In this document: positions 9,749 to 18,419 of the stretch, piece by piece | How the letters are laid out: each line of letters starts with the position of its first letter | Numbering within the stretch: the stretch's first letter is position 1 | Notes under the pieces: model-generated | Database searches by the model: none | Seen by the model: only the letters and a program-made list of their open reading frames with translations | Told to the model about the DNA's origin: nothing | Made by a program: the position numbers and the translations under genes | DNA from: Proteromonas lacertae | Taxonomy: Eukaryota | Direction of reading: 5' to 3' | NCBI GenBank assembly: GCA_002245135.1 | Contig: NGBS01000037.1 | Location: 58,118-78,117 of the forward strand | Length of the DNA: 20,000 bases

Positions 9749-10552
9749 CTAAATTGGTTTTGGTATTATATATGGTTCTTCATTACTTTTTGATAAAGGA
9801 ATCATAAAATCATCACCGTAATTCCTAATTATATTTTTAACTGCATTCTCTAAACAATATGATTTTATTCCACAAAATTCGCATTGACATATATCATACT
9901 CTTCATAAACATATTCATCTGACATTACCAACCAAACATCTAAAAATGGTGTTTTTCTATTTACATATAAGTGCACATTGTGAGTGTACAATCCTTTATC
10001 ATAATATCCTATACTCCTGTCTAAATATCTTATAAAACGTTTGAAATAATGTCTTCTTCTTCTTCCACACAACTTATAAGAATGATCTAATAATACACTA
10101 TTGAATTTATATTTCTTTCGATTTATTGGAATATAATCTGAACAATTGAATAAATGAGAATTCAACCATATTGGAACAATTATATCAATATCATGATCAT
10201 TGTAAAAACCGTTATTTCTATATGCTTGTAACTCACTTACAAATGCAAGAAAATATGTTACATTCAATAAATTAGCATATTTAATTATTTTTTTGCATTG
10301 CACATCCTTAGACATATTATATTTTGGTGTAAAATTTCTTTTTAACCATGAACATCTATTTATCTTAAAAGGCAGAAATGGATGTTCAGTATAATCTGGG
10401 AATAGTTCGTGTGAATTATGAGGAAATGGCTTGTAGTTAGACAAATCATCATCTAATTGATCTTGAGGATAATATAAATATATAAGAAGTAGAGTTATTA
10501 ACATCATGATGCAAAAAGTTAACAATATAAATATACAGTTTGGTTGCTTCAT
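9749..10552 (-). CDS. LicD/fukutin-family phosphotransferase-like protein, 267 aa, intronless
   Basis: N-terminal TM; YFLAFVSELQAYRNNGFYNDHDIDI resembles the LicD GTLLGAxR...DxDID motif; C-terminal YGDDFMIP. Confidence 0.78.
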   Translation of the reverse strand: MKQPNCIFILLTFCIMMLITLLLIYLYYPQDQLDDDLSNYKPFPHNSHELFPDYTEHPFLPFKINRCSWLKRNFTPKYNMSKDVQCKKIIKYANLLNVTYFLAFVSELQAYRNNGFYNDHDIDIIVPIWLNSHLFNCSDYIPINRKKYKFNSVLLDHSYKLCGRRRRHYFKRFIRYLDRSIGYYDKGLYTHNVHLYVNRKTPFLDVWLVMSDEYVYEEYDICQCEFCGIKSYCLENAVKNIIRNYGDDFMIPLSKSNEEPYIIPKPI

Positions 10553-10663
10553 ATATAAAAAGAAATTATAGTTTTATGAAACGAATATATTATTTAATAG
10601 ACTATTTCTAGAAAATGTTCAAACATACTCAAATTGTTTTAATTTCTTTTTTAATATTTATTC

Positions 10664-11524
10664 ATGCTCAGCTGTTATTTACTCTTCTTTTCAATTCTAT
10701 TCTTGTTTTCTTCTAATAAACAAATGTTTAATAATAAAAGAGATTTGAAAGAAAAAAGAGAAGTGATTTATAAAGCAGTTATATTAGTTAGAGCATCTCA
10801 TCCTACTGAATCTCAAATTAATCGATTTATAGAATGGGAAAATAGTTTAGATGATTGTTATAAGTTAATAGTTTTAACAGACGATAAATCCTTACATATA
10901 TTAGATATTGATATTGAACTAGTTACAGCACATGAAGTAGTATCAAAATGGCCAGCTATGAAGAATCAAGGAAGTAAATGTTACAACAGAAGAGATTCTT
11001 ATTATATGTGGTCATCATCCCATGAACATATTGTATTATGGTCGAGAAAAACCAAACTAAAATTTGAATATTTATGGCATTTAGAACAAGATTTAGGTTA
11101 TTCTGGAAATATAAACAAATTTTTGAAATATTATGATAATTTTAATGTCGATGTAATTTCATTACCATATGGACAAAATAGAAAAAAGACATGGTGGAAT
11201 AAATGTTATACACAAGAATACAATGACTGGAGAGAAAATTTTTATGAAAAGAAGAATAGATTTGCTTGTCCTTTGTTTATATTTCGATGGAATTACAAAG
11301 TATTGGATATTTTATATAATCAATTTGAATTGAAAAGACATTCACTTAACGAAGCAGTAACTCCAGAAATTACATATGTGTATCATTTATCTGTAAAAAT
11401 AATATCGAATAAATTTATTGGTAATAAATGTTGGTGGAATGCATTGGTTACTTCAAAAGAATGGAAAGATATAAATAATAAAATAGAAACAAGAAATAAA
11501 TTATATCATGCTTTGAAGTTTTAA
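10664..11524 (+). CDS. DUF3405-like (GT-A-like) type II membrane protein, 286 aa, intact copy
   Basis: Signal anchor; FEYLWHLEQDLGYSGN...F..Y...DVI resembles the DUF3405 W-x-x-E-x-D-x-x-Y-x-G pattern; ends LYHALK. Confidence 0.7.
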   Translation: MLSCYLLFFSILFLFSSNKQMFNNKRDLKEKREVIYKAVILVRASHPTESQINRFIEWENSLDDCYKLIVLTDDKSLHILDIDIELVTAHEVVSKWPAMKNQGSKCYNRRDSYYMWSSSHEHIVLWSRKTKLKFEYLWHLEQDLGYSGNINKFLKYYDNFNVDVISLPYGQNRKKTWWNKCYTQEYNDWRENFYEKKNRFACPLFIFRWNYKVLDILYNQFELKRHSLNEAVTPEITYVYHLSVKIISNKFIGNKCWWNALVTSKEWKDINNKIETRNKLYHALKF

Positions 11525-11614
11525 CATAAAGATGTTATTGTAGTTGAATAGTAAATATTAATATATATATTAATGATATTGCATTTATTATACTTGTTAA
11601 TTCTATTGTATTTC

Positions 11615-11629
11615 AGAATTTTCTAGAAA
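11615..11629. promoter_or_regulatory. HSE-like element aGAAttTTCtaGAAa
   Basis: Three units 35 nt upstream of the hidden PAP2-like gene ATG at 11665. Confidence 0.6.
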
Positions 11630-11664
11630 ATTGTCAAGCTAAACAAGTTATTCTTTTTATTTAA

Positions 11665-12523
11665 ATGAAGTATATTAGAACAAATATTATAAATGAAATA
11701 TCTATATTTATCGTAACGATTATATAGTATTATTTATATGTTGTTTATTTTAGTTGTGAATTTTTCTCTCGCTTTGCATCTTCTCATCGTCCGTTCATTA
11801 GAGATTCTATCGATAATATTTATAAGGTAATTAAGGTTGAAGAATATTTGCTGATATTCTATGAAGAAACACTTCAAGTATACTAAGAAGTGTTATTTTT
11901 CATTAGTTAAAATTTGTTATTTTTTCAACTACTGTATATTATTATATAAATAGTTTTTATATAATTGCTATTCCTTTTATTACATTATCAACAATACTCT
12001 ACTTATATATCAGCAATCCTAATAGATTCATAGTATATTAGTTTATATATATATTATAGCAAACAAGAAATACATTATTATTAATTAATATTATTGAGGT
12101 TACTTTATATCTACTTTTTCCTTACTATCCTCCTCGTTATATATGCAATTGTACAACTAAAATATCTTTTTTTACAATTTATATTTATTTAACCATCTTC
12201 ATTATCATTATGTTTTTAGTATTTGCAATTTGAAATATAAATTCATTGATACAATTACTAGATATGGTATTATGTTTAAATTAAGCTCAATTTTTCATAT
12301 ATTTATCTATAAAGTGCCAAGCATATTGTATAGTTGGGTGATATGGTGTGTATGGGCTTTATTTCCACTTTTTGATAATATTTGTATTAAATTCATATTA
12401 ACTATGATGTTATTTATAACAATAACATTTACATTTATCATGGCTTATGATTTTATAGTTTGTATAATAATTTATACGTTATTATCATTTACAATTCAAC
12501 ATTTTTATGATATAAATATGTAA
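11665..12523 (+). CDS. Divergent PAP2/AUR1-like multi-pass membrane protein lacking catalytic residues, about 247 aa, five exons (11665-11726, 11754-11877, 11907-12032, 12060-12161, 12194-12523)
   Basis: GT-AG introns at 11727-11753, 11878-11906 and 12033-12059, plus an AT-AC intron at 12162-12193, give one open frame. It aligns to the 15879 gene: NIYKVIKVEEYLLIFYEETLQ vs NALKVIKIEKIFHFFIEENIQ; YPPR vs MPPR; VPSILYSWVIWCVWALFPL vs MPSLHFGWSLWCFYSLYPL. Confidence 0.8.
12162..12193 (+). other. Putative 32-nt AT-AC (U12-like) intron
   Basis: The sequence is ATATCTTTTTTTACAATTTATATTTATTTAAC, phase 0. Its removal restores the reading frame and its size matches the neighbouring introns. Confidence 0.6.
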
Positions 12524-12551
12524 TTATGTATATTTAAACAATTTTCTTTAT

Positions 12552-14067
12552 TTATCTACATGCACAATAAAAATCAACATTAGCTTTTTCACAAGAATAA
12601 GATTTTGGAATATTTCTGAATAATGAATATTTCTTACTGCTTATATATTTACCTTCATTTATTCTTATTATATCATTAAGTGCTTCATGAAATTCAAAAT
12701 GAGTTGAAAATCTATTTTGATTTATTCTCATGCTATTATAAATAGAAGGATATGATTGCGAGAATGATTTAGGAACAATAATTATCATAGCTGGAAGAGC
12801 ACGATCATTTTCACCATATTCTGTTCTCCATAATTTGCCATAATGAATTCCATGATCTCCAAATATAACAGTGATTGAATCTTTCATAACTTCTTTTATT
12901 CCTCTTAAATGATTTGCAAAATCACTGTCTACTCTAGTTAAAGATATTAAGTCTGCCTAAATAGATATATATTGTTCATTTTATATACATCATGTGATTC
13001 ACTAAATACATTTAATGAAAACATTAATTGTTTATTGTTATGATAATATTTCATAGCTTCTTCTTGAAAGTGTAAATAATGTTCATGAATTTGTTTACTA
13101 CCAATGCATCTAGGTAAGTTTGAATAAAATACCCTACTTTTAATCCATTCTTTGTTAAACGCTAAATGAAAATCATGGTCAAATCCTTTATGACTAATAT
13201 GCGGATGAAAGAATTCTGTCTTAATATCCAAAAATGGATCGAAAAGAAGTGATTTATAACCGCGTTTATATATTTTGTTAATTATATCATCTTTTTCATT
13301 TAACCAAAATGCTTTTTTTATGGTTGTTCCATAAAAAATTGTTAAATAATTAGGTTCAGAATTTTCTCCAATACTGTGATATCTAAAAAACTCAAATATA
13401 TCAAATTCATCAGTAATAGAATTCAAAAATGAAATGGTATGATTCATTTCTTCATTAAATATTGATCTAGATAATCCGTCAAATAAGTAGAGATTGATAT
13501 TGTATTGTTTGTTTTTGTTATGATTATTGTTTAATTTTGTAGGAATAAAATGAAGAAATATATCCTCAACATCTTTTGCTTCAACTTTAATATATTCATG
13601 TTTAATATTTGTTGTTTCACCTTTCTAATAAGAAGAAAAGTCTATAAGTATACTTTTAAATATTCAGTTATTTGATTATTTTTATTAAAATTATAGTAAA
13701 ATGTATCAATAAATACAATTTTTACATCTTCTAAAGCAATAATAGTTTCATTATATATCTCAATTACTTTTCTTTGACTTGGACAACTATCATTTGATAA
13801 TGAAGGAAAAGGAATTGGTACTAAATCACATTTTAAGGAACAAACACCTGGAATATCATAATATGTTGAATTAATCAGCTTACTATTACATAAAATACCG
13901 TAATTATTCTTTTTACTACCTTTGACAATATTCCAACCTTTTTTGTAATTATAATCAATATATTCATTAGATATAGAAAATAGAAATATAATTATGATAA
14001 AAGATAATGGAGAAAAAAGCACTAAAATAACACAGATAAAAAAAGATGAGTAATGATAGTTAATCAT
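12552..14067 (-). CDS. DUF229 (alkaline phosphatase/sulfatase-like) type II membrane protein, three exons (14067-13654, 13624-12989, 12956-12552)
   Basis: Introns 13625-13653 (29 nt) and 12957-12988 (32 nt), both GTAT...TAG, join three ORFs. Motifs FDGLSRSIF...MNHT, YHSIGENSEPN, ESHD, FGDHG, NQNRFSTHFEFH and SCEKANV..YCAC. Confidence 0.87.
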
Positions 14068-14086
14068 AGTAATAAATATAATTACA

Positions 14087-14106
14087 TGAAATTTCAAGAA
14101 ATTTCT
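14087..14106. promoter_or_regulatory. Four-unit HSE-like element tGAAatTTCaaGAAatTTCt
   Basis: It lies 20 nt upstream of the DUF229 ATG at 14067. Confidence 0.62.
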
Positions 14107-14431
14107 CAAATTATAACGAACTTCATTTTAGATTTATATATTCTACATAATTATATGTGTAAATCTATTAAACATACTTATATTTATAATACCCGTTATA
14201 AAAACGAAGATAGAAAACATAGATAAGATTGTATACACAAAAAATCATCATTATCCTTCTAAAATATTATATAATCAAAAAGAAAATGAAATAAACCAAC
14301 ATATTAACTATTACCAATATAATACATAACTTATATAAACATTTTAAACATATTACACGATTTTGGTAAATTTACCATATGTGACTTAGAAAATTATAGA
14401 ATTTTACTTCAATCATAACCAATAAGTATTT

Positions 14432-15562
14432 ATGCATATATACCTAATTTTATTTATTCTATTTATATGTGTATTGTTATATGTAAAACCCAAGAATTTT
14501 TACAAAAGCATAAAAAGATTTATATTTTCAAAAAAGAAACAATACTTTTGCGATTTTAATGCTGATGGTTGTAAATCTGATAATATAACAGGAGATATAA
14601 CAGTCAAACTATTACAGGGAGGTGGAAAAGTAGTAAATGCTCATTATTTTAAATATGAACCAACAGATTCTACTCAAGTTAATAATTCATTAATCATTAG
14701 TTTAGCCTATGGATATAGATGGGATAAGCTAAGAGTATTTGTTACATCCGCCAGAAAATCAGGTTATGATGGTTCACTCTTCTTATTTGTAAACTTAAAC
14801 TATAATAAGACAAATCTTCCATATTATTTTAAGAAGTACAATGTAACTCCATTAATAGTAGAAGACAATTGGCCATTTTATTCTACTTTAAACACTCAAT
14901 ATCCAATAGACAAAGAAATGTTAAATAAATGTATGGTTGCAGATAGGGACTACTCATCATACAAGTGGGTAATATACCGTGTACCATTACTTGCCTGTTT
15001 TTTAAAACAATATCGAAAATTATTTTCTCATATTTTATATATGGATTGTCGAGATATAATATTTCAATGGAATCCATTCGCTTGGAATATTCAACCGAAT
15101 TTATATTTAGTGGAAGAAACTGATGCAAATTATTGTATAGGAGCTGATCGTTATGATAGTTATTGGGTAAATCCCTACAAAAACGCCACTCATGTGTATA
15201 ATTGTAGAATATTGAATTCTGGTTCAATTTTTGGAAGTAGAAAATATTTTTATAAATTTATTAAGAGATTTAATGCATTTATTAAACATGAATATATTTC
15301 TACAGCAGAACAAGGAACTTTAAATTATGTATTTTATACTCAAAATTGGACAGAAATTCCAATATTGATGAATAGAAATGGTTATGGTTTTGCCTTGACT
15401 TTAGCTGTTGATTTGTTATATAGACCTGATGATTCATTTTTTCCTCATACTGATATGTTTGTTTATAATAAAGATGGTAGTAAACCTTGTTTTGTACATC
15501 AATATGAAAGAAAAATGGAGAAATACAAAGAATGGGTAGAATATAGATCTATTCAAGATTAG
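14432..15562 (+). CDS. Uncharacterised GT-A-like glycosyltransferase, 376 aa, intronless
   Basis: N-terminal TM; motifs LAYGY...FVTSARKSGY, DCRDIIFQWNPF, ILNSGSIFG, EQGTLNY and HQYER. Confidence 0.72.
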   Translation: MHIYLILFILFICVLLYVKPKNFYKSIKRFIFSKKKQYFCDFNADGCKSDNITGDITVKLLQGGGKVVNAHYFKYEPTDSTQVNNSLIISLAYGYRWDKLRVFVTSARKSGYDGSLFLFVNLNYNKTNLPYYFKKYNVTPLIVEDNWPFYSTLNTQYPIDKEMLNKCMVADRDYSSYKWVIYRVPLLACFLKQYRKLFSHILYMDCRDIIFQWNPFAWNIQPNLYLVEETDANYCIGADRYDSYWVNPYKNATHVYNCRILNSGSIFGSRKYFYKFIKRFNAFIKHEYISTAEQGTLNYVFYTQNWTEIPILMNRNGYGFALTLAVDLLYRPDDSFFPHTDMFVYNKDGSKPCFVHQYERKMEKYKEWVEYRSIQD

Positions 15563-15664
15563 TTAATATCCATTCTTTCATATAATATTTGTTAATAAAG
15601 ATTATATTTATTTTACTCCTTAATAATATTCATGATAATAATCACAGTTATAAATATAATTGAA

Positions 15665-15679
15665 TGAAATTTCAAGAAC
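15665..15679. promoter_or_regulatory. HSE-like element tGAAatTTCaaGAAc (second, weaker copy at 15731-15745)
   Basis: It lies upstream of the PAP2 gene. Confidence 0.55.
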
Positions 15680-15878
15680 TTTATTAGTGTTGATTCTTAT
15701 AATCTATTAATCTTCGCAAAATAAAAAGATAGAAATTTCTAAAATATTAATTTATTATACTCATTATTATGACAAAGACATAAAGTTTAAAAATAATTTG
15801 GTTCGGTTTGACTTGATAAAAGTAGGCTTAACTAATGTACAATTTCTAATTATTTACTACACTTCTATTTATTCTATA

Positions 15879-16950
15879 ATGATTTTCATTAAATCAAAGT
15901 TAAAAGTAACATCAGTAATATTATGTAATAGAAAAATGAATATCTACCTGTTTCTATAGAAGAAAATAGATTAAAAGAGACAAAATTAAGTAAAGTGAGA
16001 AAATGGTATGCTGATAACTTCGAAATACCACAATTTTCATTTAAATTAGTAATTCAATTCATAATAGAAATGATTATTGTAAGAGGATTCTATTCGATGT
16101 ATTTATAAACTATTTTATATGTATAGTTATGGTAAAGTAAGAAATATGTTTGGATCTGAAGCTGTATCAGCTAAATATGCACACAATAATGCGTTAAAGG
16201 TTATAAAAATTGAGAAAATTTTTCATTTCTTTATAGAAGAGAATATTCAAGTAAATTATACTTTAAATGTTTTTTATATAATAGAATTATTTCATTTATT
16301 ATCCAACATTAATGAAATACTTCAATGTTTATTATGTGTTAGGTCATAGCGTTATTACATTTGGAATAATTATTGTGTTATTTTTTCTATTTCCAAGATA
16401 TTATCAAAAGAGAAGAAATAGTTTTATGTTGATGACTACCATTGGTTTAATTGGGTTCATTGTATATCCATTAATGCCTCCTCGATTATTAACAACATGT
16501 GATAATCATTATGGAGGATGTGATAAGAATTATACGTTTGTGGATAGTTTAGAAATATTTGGTGGTCCTTTGAATTGGAAAAGTAAGAGAATGGCAGATC
16601 GAAGTAATTATTATGCAGCAATGCCTTCATTGCATTTTGGATGGAGTTTATGGTGTTTCTATTCTCTCTATCCATTATGTCCAAATAGTTATTTTATTTT
16701 TCTAATATCCCTTCATCCAATATACACCTTATTTGTTATAATCGTAACAGCAAATCATTATATATTAGATGCTATATTTGGTTTTGTTACTTTTATGATT
16801 GGTGATATATTAGGAACAGTTTTAGCCAAGCCATTATCATTTGGAAGAGGAACTGAAACAGGAGGTTTTGATAAGAAGACTATTGCTGTTGTGATAATTA
16901 CTATTATTCTAGTAATGACAGATTATATAAAACTTAAATTGAGTTCTTAA
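15879..16950 (+). CDS. PAP2_3 / AUR1-like inositol phosphorylceramide synthase family protein, four exons (15879-15905, 15932-16098, 16127-16250, 16285-16950)
   Basis: Motifs MPPR, AAMPSLHFGW and TANHYILD. GT-AG introns at 15906-15931, 16099-16126 and 16251-16284 give a continuous frame; the first exon is the least certain. Confidence 0.88.
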
Positions 16951-17305
16951 TATAATTATATTATTTATTTCTATATCCTACTTTAATATAGAACTCTTTC
17001 ACATCATTATTGTTAAAATCACCATCTTGTGTTAATTAATAACGAGTATAACAAATATAGTTATTTTTAAAAAATATAAAAACCAATATCACTTTAAATA
17101 GAATGAAAATAGAAAATAATTTCTAGAATATTCTAGGAATCAATCAAATCAAATCAATGAATTTGACATATTGACAGTATTTATTGAATTTCATTATAAT
17201 AAATGATATGAAGTGAAGTTGAGGTTGCCATTGTTTTATTCGATGATTTGTCTTTTAAAAATAATTGTGTATATTATACTCGTTATTATATCAACAAACA
17301 ATTAT

Positions 17306-18277
17306 TCAGTAAGCTGATTTAATATTATAATAACATATATTTCTAACTGTTAAATTCTTTATGAAATGTAAATGAATAAAAGCAATTTCTGATATTTTGA
17401 GATGATGAACTATCAACAGATTATCAGAGAATTTCAACTCTTTAGGAGGATTTAGATATGATAATAGATTATAACATTTATTAGAATCTATTAGTTTTAT
17501 CTTATTATTGTTTTGTATTAATTTACCAGTAAAGAAGTCTTCAGGATAACCAGGATATGTTTTCTTTATTAATTCATCACCCACTTTATTCATTTCACTT
17601 ATTATTTTGGATGGAAATATATAACACATTCCACTTGCATAAGCGATTCTGTATCTTGTAAAACAAAAGAAACATTCATCAAATACATATCCCATCATAA
17701 AACTATTATTATATTTTAAAGATATTGATTTAATTTTATCAAGAAGAAGTGGTATATTCAGAAATGTATCACTATCTTGTTTTATTATATATTTATACAT
17801 ATGTTTATGTCTTTCTATCCATTTTAAGAAATTATATGTTTGAATATGTAGTGTTTGATAAGAAGTAGTAAAATTGAATATTACCATATCTTTATATATC
17901 ATACTCTCTTGAATTATTCTGCCATTTATTAAATCATTATCTGTTAAACCCAAGAAGAATAATAATTGGACTTTTTCATAATTCTTATATAATTTTCTAT
18001 AAACATATCTTTCATAAAACATAGTAGAATATACTTGAACACCTATCAACATTAAACTTCTCTTTATCACTGTTTCACCTGTAATATCACTAATATACAT
18101 TTTTGGATATTTTACTGACTTTTTTGTCCATTTATCTAATGGCACATATTTTCTATTTGATAAAATACACTTAGAATGATTATAACTAGATTCTACAATC
18201 AATAACTCATCACACAGTTTTTGACTATAACAATAAGAAAATCGGATAAATAATAGTATTAATAACAAATATATCAT
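17306..18277 (-). CDS. GT31 glycosyltransferase, 323 aa, near-identical copy of 4298-5269
   Basis: It differs at three residues (SDI[I/T]G, FY[D/E]R, YN[F/I]K) and a few silent sites. Confidence 0.9.
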   Translation of the reverse strand: MIYLLLILLFIRFSYCYSQKLCDELLIVESSYNHSKCILSNRKYVPLDKWTKKSVKYPKMYISDITGETVIKRSLMLIGVQVYSTMFYERYVYRKLYKNYEKVQLLFFLGLTDNDLINGRIIQESMIYKDMVIFNFTTSYQTLHIQTYNFLKWIERHKHMYKYIIKQDSDTFLNIPLLLDKIKSISLKYNNSFMMGYVFDECFFCFTRYRIAYASGMCYIFPSKIISEMNKVGDELIKKTYPGYPEDFFTGKLIQNNNKIKLIDSNKCYNLLSYLNPPKELKFSDNLLIVHHLKISEIAFIHLHFIKNLTVRNICYYNIKSAY

Positions 18278-18419
18278 ATTCTAATATGGTTAAATTACAA
18301 AATAAATAAATTGAAATGAAATTGAAACGACTAGATTTTTAGAAATAAATGAAATTCTTTTAATTATGAATAATAGAATAGATAAAATATTTATTTAATA
18401 TATTATTTTATAATGATTT

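Noticed and set aside
415..11524. Diversity-generating retroelement template/variable pair
   Set aside because: Differences are not restricted to adenines, include many silent changes, and no reverse transcriptase is present.
14068..14109. TTG-initiated N-terminal extension of the DUF229 ORF
   Set aside because: It overlaps the four-unit HSE-like element; ATG 14067 is the more plausible eukaryotic start.
14883..15227. 114-aa minus-strand ORF
   Set aside because: It is an antisense shadow within the 376-aa glycosyltransferase-like gene.
16457..16684. 75-aa minus-strand ORF
   Set aside because: It is antisense to the PAP2 catalytic exon.
1339..17285. CRISPR array, integron attC sites or loxP/FRT sites as explanation of the dispersed motifs
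   Set aside because: There is no regular repeat-spacer period, no attC-type hairpin and no recombinase or cas gene in the window. The resemblance of ATAACGAGTATA to a loxP arm and of TCTAGAAA to the FRT spacer is short and lacks the paired-arm architecture.
4205..18377. Inverted arms as transposon terminal inverted repeats
   Set aside because: The arms consist of host genes and spacer, with no transposase or target-site duplication seen.
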